Shown: one piece after another, positions 8,809 to 16,104 of the stretch
How the letters are laid out: each line of letters opens with the position of its first letter
Numbering within the stretch: the stretch's first letter is position 1
DNA from: Alkalilimnicola ehrlichii MLHE-1
Lineage (GTDB): Bacteria; Pseudomonadota; Gammaproteobacteria; Nitrococcales; Halorhodospiraceae
Reading direction: 5' to 3'
Length of the DNA stretch: 32,000 bases
NCBI RefSeq assembly: GCF_000014785.1
Contig: NC_008340.1
Span: 870,001-902,000, forward strand
Notes under the pieces: generated by a model
The model's input: the letters and a program-made list of their open reading frames with translations, nothing else
What the model was told of the DNA's origin: nothing
Databases searched by the model: none
Position numbers and translations under genes: made by a program

Positions 8809-8902
8809 TTCATAGAACCCCCGTGCCATGCGGGTCACAGTAATAAAAACAGAAAGATAGGCGTGTTACCAAGGAATGGTAGGGTTCTGTTGTGAAAGAT
8901 TG

Positions 8903-8932
8903 TGGTACCATGATGGTCACAGATTGGTCACA
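8903..8932 (+). promoter_or_regulatory. Putative arm-type recombinase/RDF binding sites, attL arm
   Basis: TGGTACCA(8903) tga TGGTCACA(8914) gat TGGTCACA(8925): three octamers phased at 11 bp between attL and the int start. The 23-nt string GATGGTCACAGATTGGTCACACG is repeated exactly at 17657-17679. Confidence 0.6.
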
Positions 8933-8947
8933 CGGGAGCCTGTCGCC

Positions 8948-10282
8948 ATGCCCGCCAAAACACTGGACACCAGCATTACTGATGCCGCCACCCGGCGCTT
9001 CCTGAAGAATGAGCCGGAGCGGGCAACCTTATGGTGTGAGCGGATTACCGGGTTTCACATACTCAAGGTAAAGACCGGGGGCAGTTGGCGGTATCGGTAT
9101 CAGACCGCAGACGGTAAGCGCCGCGTGGCCACCATCGGGCGCTATCCGGCCATGAAACCGCAGCAGGCCGCCGAGAAGGCACTAGCCTGGCGCAATGAGA
9201 ACGTGGACGCGCTGGCAGTAAAGGCCAAACGCACCCGCAATGCCTTGACCGAAGCGCAGAAGGCCGAGCAACGCACGCTGCGGGCCTATCTCGAAGGGCC
9301 GTACGCTAGGTACCAGGAGCGCAAGCGCAGCGGCGCGGAAACCCTGCGCCTCATTCGGCACAACTTCACCGACTGGCTAGACCGGGACATGGCCACGTTG
9401 GACAGCGCAGACGTGAAGGCGTGGCAGGCCAAGCGTGAAGCCGAGGGCCGGGCATACTCCACGCTGCAACGCGCCTATGGTGCGCTGAAAACGGCCCTGA
9501 ACCGCGCCGCGAAACATGACGACCTGCTAGACGCGAACCCCCTGCGAGATGTTCACCTTGAGGCCCCACGGTTTGACGAGGTGGACAAGCAGGTAAAAGC
9601 GGAGCAGACCGCCCGCCGCCTGCTGAGTGACGAGGAAGTGACCGGGCTGCATGAGGGCTTGCGAGCCTTTGCGGATGAGTTGCGCCGCCAGCGCCGTAAC
9701 AGCCGAGCGCATGGCAAGCCGGATCTGCCCGACCTGGACGCGGTGGACTACCCGCATTGGTTTATTCCTTTCTGCCACGTTGCCCTTTATACCGGACTGC
9801 GACCGGGTGACTTGTACGCGCTCACCTGGGCGGAGCTGAACCCCACGTTCGGGCGGCTGAACGTGATTCCTCAGAAAACCCGTCACCACCGCAACCCCGC
9901 CCGCGTGACAATGGATTTAGTGCCGGAGTTGCTGGAGGTGGTGCGGGCCTGGTGGGCGCAGCAGGGCAAGCCTGACACCGGGCTAGTGTTCCCCTCACCC
10001 GTTACCGGCTTGCGGATGGACAAGAAAGCCCACCTGAAAGCCTGGCGACGTGTGAAGCGCCTTGGTGGGCTGCCCGACGATCTGGACTTCTACACCTTGC
10101 GGCACAACTTTATTTCCAAGCTGGTGGCCGCTGGCGTGCCCCTGCTGACAGTGGCGCAACTGGTGGGCCACAAATCGGCGGGGATGATCGAACAACATTA
10201 CGGCGACCTGTGCCCCACCGTAGCGGCTGATGCGTTGGCCGTGTTTTCCAAGTCTGTGACACCGAAGCAGGAGGCGGTATGA
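8948..10282 (+). CDS. int: Tyrosine integrase, P4-type (N-terminal DUF4102 arm-binding domain)
   Basis: N-terminus ...ATRRFLKNEPERATLWCERITGFHILKVKTGGSWRYRYQTADGKRRVATIGRYPAMKPQQA matches the P4-integrase arm domain pattern. Catalytic signature TGLRPGDL ... YTLRHNFISKL ... LVGH ... EQHY. Start taken at ATG 8948; the ORF-track start at 8876 runs over the arm sites. Confidence 0.9.
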   Translation: MPAKTLDTSITDAATRRFLKNEPERATLWCERITGFHILKVKTGGSWRYRYQTADGKRRVATIGRYPAMKPQQAAEKALAWRNENVDALAVKAKRTRNALTEAQKAEQRTLRAYLEGPYARYQERKRSGAETLRLIRHNFTDWLDRDMATLDSADVKAWQAKREAEGRAYSTLQRAYGALKTALNRAAKHDDLLDANPLRDVHLEAPRFDEVDKQVKAEQTARRLLSDEEVTGLHEGLRAFADELRRQRRNSRAHGKPDLPDLDAVDYPHWFIPFCHVALYTGLRPGDLYALTWAELNPTFGRLNVIPQKTRHHRNPARVTMDLVPELLEVVRAWWAQQGKPDTGLVFPSPVTGLRMDKKAHLKAWRRVKRLGGLPDDLDFYTLRHNFISKLVAAGVPLLTVAQLVGHKSAGMIEQHYGDLCPTVAADALAVFSKSVTPKQEAV

Positions 10283-10797
10283 CGGCAGGATGGGCAACCC
10301 CGTTTAACTGGACGGATGAGCAGGCCCGCGAAGTGGTGGCGGAGGTTGGCGAGCGCACGGGCACGCAGGAGCAGCGGGAGCAGTTCGCCCGCGCAGTGGG
10401 AGCAGTGCTGAAGCGCGGCCAAACGCGGCTGTTTATGCCCGACCTGGCAGGCCAGGCCAAGGGCATGCACCAGGGGGCAGCCACGGTACTAGAATCGCTC
10501 AACGCCGAAGCGGCTGACCTTACCGACGAGGAAGCCGACCAGTTGCGTGCGCTGGTGGCTAAGGTGGCGGAGGCCACAGCCGAGGCGGGCACGATGGAGC
10601 GGCGGGGAGCCAGCAAGAAAGACCACCAGACCCTAGCCGAGCTGGCGCAGGTATGGCGCTTTGCGTTCGGGCGCTGGCCAAGTGCCAAGCCCACCGCCCC
10701 CTTCATGCGCGTGGTGCTGTGGATCAATGCACGAAATTACGCCGATCTGCCGACCGGAAACGGCGCTAAGGCTTATATCGGCCAGGGGACCAAATAA
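10279..10797 (+). CDS. Hypothetical protein, translationally coupled to int
   Basis: ATG 10279 overlaps the int stop (ATGA) and is preceded by AGGAGG (10269-10274). 172 aa, acidic and helical, no motif I recognise. Followed by an AT-rich stretch. Confidence 0.6.
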   Translation: MTAGWATPFNWTDEQAREVVAEVGERTGTQEQREQFARAVGAVLKRGQTRLFMPDLAGQAKGMHQGAATVLESLNAEAADLTDEEADQLRALVAKVAEATAEAGTMERRGASKKDHQTLAELAQVWRFAFGRWPSAKPTAPFMRVVLWINARNYADLPTGNGAKAYIGQGTK

Positions 10798-10875
10798 ATA
10801 ATTTTTTCCGGTGACGCCCGTTTTTCCGCCCCTTAGTTCAATGGCCCTACGTTCACAAACGCGAGGGCCATATTC

Positions 10876-11064
10876 ATGTCAGCACAACCCGCCTTTATGC
10901 GGCCACAACAGGCCGCCGATTACCTGGGCATTACGCGCCGCCACCTGTACAACATCGCGGAGCGTGACCCCGAGTTTCCCCGCAAGATTGTATTTTCTAC
11001 CCGCTGCGTAGGGTGGCGCCGGGAAGCCATCGACGAATGGCTAGCCGCCAAGGAGGCGGAATGA
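10876..11064 (+). CDS. alpA: AlpA-family helix-turn-helix regulator / excisionase-like protein
   Basis: 62 aa. RPQQAADYLGITRRHLYNIAERDPEFPRKIVFSTRCVGWRREAIDEWL is the typical Phage_AlpA pattern. Confidence 0.8.
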   Translation: MSAQPAFMRPQQAADYLGITRRHLYNIAERDPEFPRKIVFSTRCVGWRREAIDEWLAAKEAE

Positions 11065-11255
11065 CCTGGATCACCCCCCACGCTGCCGTGTCCGAATACG
11101 GCATCCCCTTGGAGCGTATCGAGGCCGCCATTCTGGCCGGTGAAATAGCCGTTCGGGTGGCGTGCGGTGCGCGGGTGATTGGCCGCGCCGAGGTGGAAGC
11201 GCTTCGATTGAAAATGATGAGCGAACGCCGGGAGGCGTGCGACGGATGCGACTAG
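11061..11255 (+). CDS. Second small excisionase/MerR-like HTH protein
   Basis: ATG 11061 overlaps the alpA stop and is preceded by AAGGAGG. 64 aa. ...AVSEYGIPLERIEAAILAGEI... resembles excisionase-type HTH proteins. Confidence 0.55.
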   Translation: MTWITPHAAVSEYGIPLERIEAAILAGEIAVRVACGARVIGRAEVEALRLKMMSERREACDGCD

Positions 11256-13249
11256 TAAATGAAAACGCCCCCGCCGGCGGGCAACCGGCGAAGGGCGCAA
11301 ATGTGAGCGGGCGGCTCAATGGGAATTATAGCAGCACCGACACCGCCGCGCATCTTGCCGAAAACGGTATTCCGGTATTCCCGGTAAACCTGTCCGAGCC
11401 GAATGCAGACGGGAAACGGGAAAAGACCCCGTTAACAAAGCATGGCCATCTCGACGCCACAACAGACGCCGAAACGGTGCGGCAATGGTGGCGGCGTTGG
11501 CCGAAAGCTATACCCGCTGTTCCGACTGGGAAGGCATCCGGCATTGATGCCCTGGACGTAGACCCCGACGGTTACGAATGGGCCGCCGAGCATTCCGATT
11601 CACTGATGATGGCCCAGCGCATTCACCACACTGAGCGCGGAAAGCATTACCTGTTTCGACACACCGATGGCGTGCGCAATTCCAACGGGAAGATTAGCGC
11701 CGGTATCGATGTGCGCGGGGAAGGCGGGTGGATCGTCTGGTGGCCTGCAAAGGGCCTAGAAGCGCATGGAGAGCTTGCAGACGTATCCGACGCACCCGAA
11801 GCCCTTGCCGATCTGATGCGTGGCGTGCGGAGCAGCACAGAGCGTGACAGCGCTCCTGTTGCTGCCGATGGGGCCGTGATTCCCGAGGGCCAACGGGATA
11901 GCACCTTGACACGGGAGGCCGGGCGACTGCGCCGGTATGGCTACAGCGAATCGGAAATGCTGGCCGCGTTGCACGCGATCAACTCCCACCGTTGCCAGCC
12001 GCCGCTAGACGCCGATCAAGTGGAGAAGATTGCCCGAAGCGTTGGCCGATACGATCCGGCGCATGAGTTCACGCCAGACAGCGATGAACCGGCCAGCCCT
12101 GAGCCGTTCGACCTTGTGGCGGCCAGTGTGGGCGATCTGATACGCACGCCACCGCCGCCCCGCCGTTGGCTGGTGCATGAGCGCCTGCCGCTGGACGTGG
12201 TGGCCCTGCTGGCGGCTGCTGGCGGTACGGGTAAGAGCATGGCCACCTTGCAGCTCGCGGTGAGCACCGCCACCGGCTGGCCTTGGTTCGATATGGAGAT
12301 CAGCGAGCCGGGGGCGGTGCTGATGGTGTCGGCAGAGGATGACCGCGACGAAATCCACCGCCGCCTGTCCGTGGTGCTGGAGCATTACGCCGACGATGCC
12401 GACCCGTTCGCCGTTGACGCGTTCAGCGAGTACCACGACCAGCTAGAGCGCCGCCTGTTCATTCTGGACAGGGTGGGCGAGGACAACCGCCTAACCGCCA
12501 AGATCGACCGGGAGACGTTGCGCACGGGGTTTGCCAATCGGGTGATTGCCACCGCCGAGGCGATGCCCGAGCCGCCCGTGATGATCGTGCTTGATCCCCT
12601 GAGCCGGTTCGATGGTGGCGACCCGAACGACAACAGCGACGGAACCCGCTTGATCGAGGCCGCCGAGCATATCCGCAAGGCCACGCGGGCAACCGTGCTG
12701 CTACCCCACCACGTCGCCAAGTCCAGCATGAAGGATTCCAGCGCCGGACAGGAGGCCGTGCGCGGTGCGTCGGGCCTGGTGGATGGTGCCCGGTGGGTGG
12801 GCCTGATGCGCGGGATGAATGACGAGGACGCGAAGGAGCACGGGATCAGCGAGGACGATGCCGGGCGCTATGTGCGCTTCAACACCCCGAAAGCCAACTA
12901 TTCCGCCCCGTGGCCCGGTCTGTGGCTGGAGCGGCGCAAGGGTGGGGTGTTGGCGGCCACGCACCTGAAGCCGCAAAAACTGGCCAACAAGGAGCGCAAG
13001 GCCGATGCGGAATATCAGGAGGTGGTGCGCCGTATCACCAAGCTGTTGCAGGACAAGGGGGCGATGCCCAAGCGCCGGATTGAGGACGAATGGGGCGGGA
13101 CAACCAACGTCTTGAAGGCCGGGCAAAAGCGCGTGCGCGACACCATCCACCGGGCGCTAGACGAGGGGCATCTCGTGGTGCAGACCACCGGCGAGGGCAA
13201 GGAGGTTATTGGTGTCCCCGACGCCTGGTTAGAGAGGGCCGGGCAATGA
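11246..13249 (+). CDS. Bifunctional primase-polymerase / PriCT / AAA_25 (RepA-like) replicase
   Basis: Start taken at ATG 11246 (MRLVNEN...). PrimPol N-domain: GIPVFPVN...KTPLTKHG..DAT...WW...VPTG..SGIDALDVD. PriCT-1-like: IPEGQRDSTLTREAGRLRRYGY...CQPPLDADQVEKIARSV. Walker A: AAAGGTGKS. Confidence 0.85.
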   Translation: MRLVNENAPAGGQPAKGANVSGRLNGNYSSTDTAAHLAENGIPVFPVNLSEPNADGKREKTPLTKHGHLDATTDAETVRQWWRRWPKAIPAVPTGKASGIDALDVDPDGYEWAAEHSDSLMMAQRIHHTERGKHYLFRHTDGVRNSNGKISAGIDVRGEGGWIVWWPAKGLEAHGELADVSDAPEALADLMRGVRSSTERDSAPVAADGAVIPEGQRDSTLTREAGRLRRYGYSESEMLAALHAINSHRCQPPLDADQVEKIARSVGRYDPAHEFTPDSDEPASPEPFDLVAASVGDLIRTPPPPRRWLVHERLPLDVVALLAAAGGTGKSMATLQLAVSTATGWPWFDMEISEPGAVLMVSAEDDRDEIHRRLSVVLEHYADDADPFAVDAFSEYHDQLERRLFILDRVGEDNRLTAKIDRETLRTGFANRVIATAEAMPEPPVMIVLDPLSRFDGGDPNDNSDGTRLIEAAEHIRKATRATVLLPHHVAKSSMKDSSAGQEAVRGASGLVDGARWVGLMRGMNDEDAKEHGISEDDAGRYVRFNTPKANYSAPWPGLWLERRKGGVLAATHLKPQKLANKERKADAEYQEVVRRITKLLQDKGAMPKRRIEDEWGGTTNVLKAGQKRVRDTIHRALDEGHLVVQTTGEGKEVIGVPDAWLERAGQ

Positions 13250-13458
13250 GCGGGCAGCGGGCAAGCAACGGGCAACGGGCAAGCGGGCAAATTGCCCGCC
13301 GGAAGTGCCTGCCCGCCTTAGAGCGCACAACCACGCGGGTTTCCAGCGGGCAACGGGCAAAACCCTACTTTGCCCGCGCCTATCGGGAAACCCGCGCCAC
13401 ACAAGGGCGGGCAGCGGGCAACGGGCAACCCCCTACGGGGGCGGGGCAGTAATTGCCC
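13241..13458. repeat. Iteron cluster, putative origin of replication
   Basis: At least 17 copies of GGGCA(A/G) / its complement TTGCCC / CTGCCC, mostly as (A/G)CGGGCAA. Sites seen at 13241, 13252, 13259, 13270, 13277, 13285, 13292(rc), 13309(rc), 13348, 13355, 13370(rc), 13409, 13416, 13423, 13444, 13453(rc). Two palindromes: GCGGGCAAATTGCCCGC and GGGGCAGTAATTGCCC. The cluster starts at the replicase stop codon. Confidence 0.65.
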
Positions 13459-13532
13459 GCCCCAACGGGTTGCGGCCTGAAAGCGCCGCAATACCCCCGG
13501 TGGTTCATGGATCAACTGATGAGGAACACCCC

Positions 13533-13727
13533 ATGCGAAACGACGAAGGCACCACCCTGGCCGCGCAGATCCTTGTGCAGATCGAGCAGGCGCAGTTAGC
13601 AGGCGTTCACCCCCATGACGTGACGCGGGCACTGTCCGCCACGCTGATGGAGACAACGGCGAAGGGAGACGAGGACCGGGTGGCATCGGTGCTGCGGGCA
13701 ACGGCGGATGCACTGGTGAGGCGGTGA
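13533..13727 (+). CDS. Hypothetical small protein (64 aa)
   Basis: ATG 13533 lies 6 nt after GAGGAA. Helical sequence with no recognisable motif. Confidence 0.4.
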   Translation: MRNDEGTTLAAQILVQIEQAQLAGVHPHDVTRALSATLMETTAKGDEDRVASVLRATADALVRR

Positions 13728-13884
13728 AGGTGTTACGAAAGGTAACGCTTGCGCTCGAATCAGCCGCCGGTGGCGGGGCAGGGAGGCCCTAGACCCCCAC
13801 AGAACGAAAGACCCGTACCCTAATGGGGTAGGGTTAGGGAATTGTAAGTACCTGTTTGTGAATGCAATAATGCCGCCACCGTGG

Positions 13885-13908
13885 TATGCTGTGACCAATA
13901 TGTGACCA
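13885..13908 (+). promoter_or_regulatory. Possible extended -10 promoter (TGGTATGCT) overlapped by an operator made of two phased TGTGACCA octamers
   Basis: TGnTATGCT at 13882-13890. TGTGACCA at 13890-13897 and 13901-13908 is the reverse complement of the arm-site octamer, with the same 11-bp phasing. Located about 20 nt upstream of the ATG at 13930. Confidence 0.4.
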
Positions 13909-13929
13909 CCAGCGGAAACTATCACGGCA

Positions 13930-14301
13930 ATGGGCACCACCACACAAGGCAAACCGCGCCAGATACCCCGGCAATACTCCAACGATTGGTTGGAGCGCCT
14001 GGACGGGCGCACGGCGATTGCCAAGGCGGTGAATGATCGCCTTCATCATTTGGTGCGTGACCTTGGAGGCCCCGACGCCCTCAGCTACCAGGAGCAAAGT
14101 ATCTGCCGCCGCATTGTCTGGCTGGAGGCGCAGATAGAAAGCCGGGAGGTGGCGCTAGCGAAGGGTGAGGATGTAGACGAGGCCCGCCACGTTGCCAACA
14201 TCAACACGCTTACCGGGTTGCTGAAGGCGGTGGGCCTGGAGCGCCGCTCGAAAGATGTGCCCGACCTTGCGCAATACCTGGCCAGCAAGGAGGCGGGCTA
14301 A
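13930..14301 (+). CDS. Hypothetical protein; terminase small subunit suspected from position only
   Basis: 123 aa, helical (LDGRTAIAKAVNDRLHHLVRDLGG...LSYQEQSICRR...). Lies two genes upstream of TerL. No diagnostic motif. Confidence 0.35.
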   Translation: MGTTTQGKPRQIPRQYSNDWLERLDGRTAIAKAVNDRLHHLVRDLGGPDALSYQEQSICRRIVWLEAQIESREVALAKGEDVDEARHVANINTLTGLLKAVGLERRSKDVPDLAQYLASKEAG

Positions 14302-14537
14302 TGGTCATGTGCGCTGCCTGTAAGCACTTCCCCGGCAACGGCCAACTGTGTCCGAAGGCCAAGCGCCACGCCACGCACCACCCGCGCAAGTGTGACAAAT
14401 TCACCGGCCACCGCCTGAGCTTCGCGGTGCTGCAAGCCCGTTCCCTCGCCACGTTCGCCCGCCGCCACCTGACCCCGGCCAGTTACCAGCGGGTATTGCG
14501 CGATGCCCACCGTCTGGCGGAAGAGGTGAGGCGATGA
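14301..14537 (+). CDS. Small Cys/His-rich protein (putative zinc-binding)
   Basis: 78 aa. C4-x2-C7-x9-C17-x13-C31 with a His-rich stretch (RHATHHPRKC). Start overlaps the upstream stop and the stop overlaps the TerL start. Confidence 0.45.
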   Translation: MVMCAACKHFPGNGQLCPKAKRHATHHPRKCDKFTGHRLSFAVLQARSLATFARRHLTPASYQRVLRDAHRLAEEVRR

Positions 14538-16063
14538 CCAACATTGTCGAAGCCTTCACCGACCCGCAGTTGCTAGGCCAGTCGTTTGGCGAGGATACCC
14601 GCGAGGCTTGGCGTGCTGTCCTGTCAGGCGCGTTCGCCCTGCCGATGGATGATGACCGCCTTGCCCTGTTTAAGCGGCTGTCAGGCGACCGTGAGCCGCC
14701 TCAGCGGCAGGCGCGGGAGCTATGGGCAATCGCGGGTAGGCGGAGCGATAAGACCCATACCGCAGCCGGTATTGCCGTATACCTGGCGACCATCGGGGCG
14801 GAGCTGGACGGCACCCTGGCCCGCCTGACCGCTGGCGAGCGTGGTGTGGTTCAGTTGCTTGCGGTGGATCGCCAACAGGCCAAGGTTGCGCTTGGGTACG
14901 TTCGCGGCCTGTTCGCTGATAGCCCGGTCATGTCCAGCCTGGTGGAGAAGGAGAACACCGAGGGCGTTTTGCTCCGCAACGGCGTATCTATTGAGGTGGC
15001 CACCAACAGTCACCGGGCCGTGCGTGGGCGCACTCTGTTGGCGGCCATTCTGGACGAATGCGCCTTCTTCAAGGATGAGGCGACCGCAACCCCCGATGTA
15101 GAGGTTTACCGCGCCCTGGTGCCTTCTCTGGCGACCACCGGGGGCATGCTTGTCGGTATCTCCAGCCCCTACGCCCGCCGGGGGCTGCTCTACAGCAAGT
15201 GGCGCAAGCACTACGGCAAGCCCGGTGATGTGCTGGTGGTGCAGGGCGGAACACTGGACTTCAACCCCACCCTTGATCCCCGCGTTATCGCGGAGGCGGA
15301 GCAGGATGATCCCGAGGCGGCCAAAGCCGAATGGCATGGGCAATTCCGTGCTGATGTTGAGGGTTTTGTAACACGCGAGGCCGTAGACGCCTGCACCGCA
15401 CCGGGCCGCATTGAGCTACCGCCGGTGGCTGGCGAGCGGTACACGGCCTTCGTGGACCCGTCTGGTGGCTCCAAGGATGCGTTCACGCTGGCGATCGCCC
15501 ACCAGTCTGATGGGCTGACCGTGGTGGACGCTATCCGCGCTCAGAAACCGCCGTTCAGCCCGGAGGCGGTGGTTAAAGAGTTCGCCGGTCTGCTGAAGGA
15601 ATACAAGATCAGCAAGGTGGTGGGCGATCGTTACGGCGGTGAGTTTCCTCGCGAGCTGTTCCGAAAACAGGGCATTGCCTACAAGCTATCTGATCGGCCT
15701 AAGTCTGACCTGTATCGCGACATGCTCCCGTTGCTCAATTCTGGGCGCGTGGAGTTGCCGGACAATGGCCGATTGCAAAACGAATTGACGAGCCTGGAGC
15801 GGCGCACCAGCCGCGCCGGGAAAGACTCAATAGACCACCCGCCAAATGGCACCGACGATGTGGTTAACGCGGTGGCCGGGTGTATAATTGAGGCAGCAAA
15901 ACCCAAAGCCGTTCCCCGCGTGCGGCGGATGGGTGATTCGATCAGTTCCGGTTCCAATTCTGGTTCCAGCGTTCTGGATCGAATCGCGCAAGGTCAGAAA
16001 GCCAGCGGGAGGTTGGCGAGTACGCGCCGAAGTTTTCTGCGAGATGCAGACGGTTTCGGTTGA
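14534..16063 (+). CDS. terL: Phage terminase, large subunit
   Basis: Walker A-like AGRRSDKT, Walker B LAAILDECAF. C-terminal RNaseH-like nuclease motifs FVDPSGGSKDAFTLAIAH and DDVVNAVAG. GAGGTGAGG RBS precedes ATG 14534. Confidence 0.85.
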   Translation: MTNIVEAFTDPQLLGQSFGEDTREAWRAVLSGAFALPMDDDRLALFKRLSGDREPPQRQARELWAIAGRRSDKTHTAAGIAVYLATIGAELDGTLARLTAGERGVVQLLAVDRQQAKVALGYVRGLFADSPVMSSLVEKENTEGVLLRNGVSIEVATNSHRAVRGRTLLAAILDECAFFKDEATATPDVEVYRALVPSLATTGGMLVGISSPYARRGLLYSKWRKHYGKPGDVLVVQGGTLDFNPTLDPRVIAEAEQDDPEAAKAEWHGQFRADVEGFVTREAVDACTAPGRIELPPVAGERYTAFVDPSGGSKDAFTLAIAHQSDGLTVVDAIRAQKPPFSPEAVVKEFAGLLKEYKISKVVGDRYGGEFPRELFRKQGIAYKLSDRPKSDLYRDMLPLLNSGRVELPDNGRLQNELTSLERRTSRAGKDSIDHPPNGTDDVVNAVAGCIIEAAKPKAVPRVRRMGDSISSGSNSGSSVLDRIAQGQKASGRLASTRRSFLRDADGFG

Positions 16064-16104
16064 TTGATGAAAGCGGGTTTTCACTTCAACCGAGGTAACG
16101 AGTT

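Noticed and set aside
8546-8843. ORFs 8546-8800 (-) and 8595-8843 (+)
   Set aside because: They span the attL repeat, the terminator and the tRNA fragment. They lack RBSs and their composition is that of non-coding sequence.
8876-8947. Upstream extension of the integrase ORF (MVGFCCERLWYHDGHRLVTREPVA)
   Set aside because: It encodes the arm-site repeats (HDGHRLVTR recurs at attR purely because the DNA repeat recurs). The P4-type integrase N-domain alignment begins at the Met at 8948.
13090-13452. 120-aa ORF with repeats GQRASNGQRASGQ
   Set aside because: This is a translation artefact of the GGGCAA iteron array. It overlaps the replicase 3' end and has no RBS.
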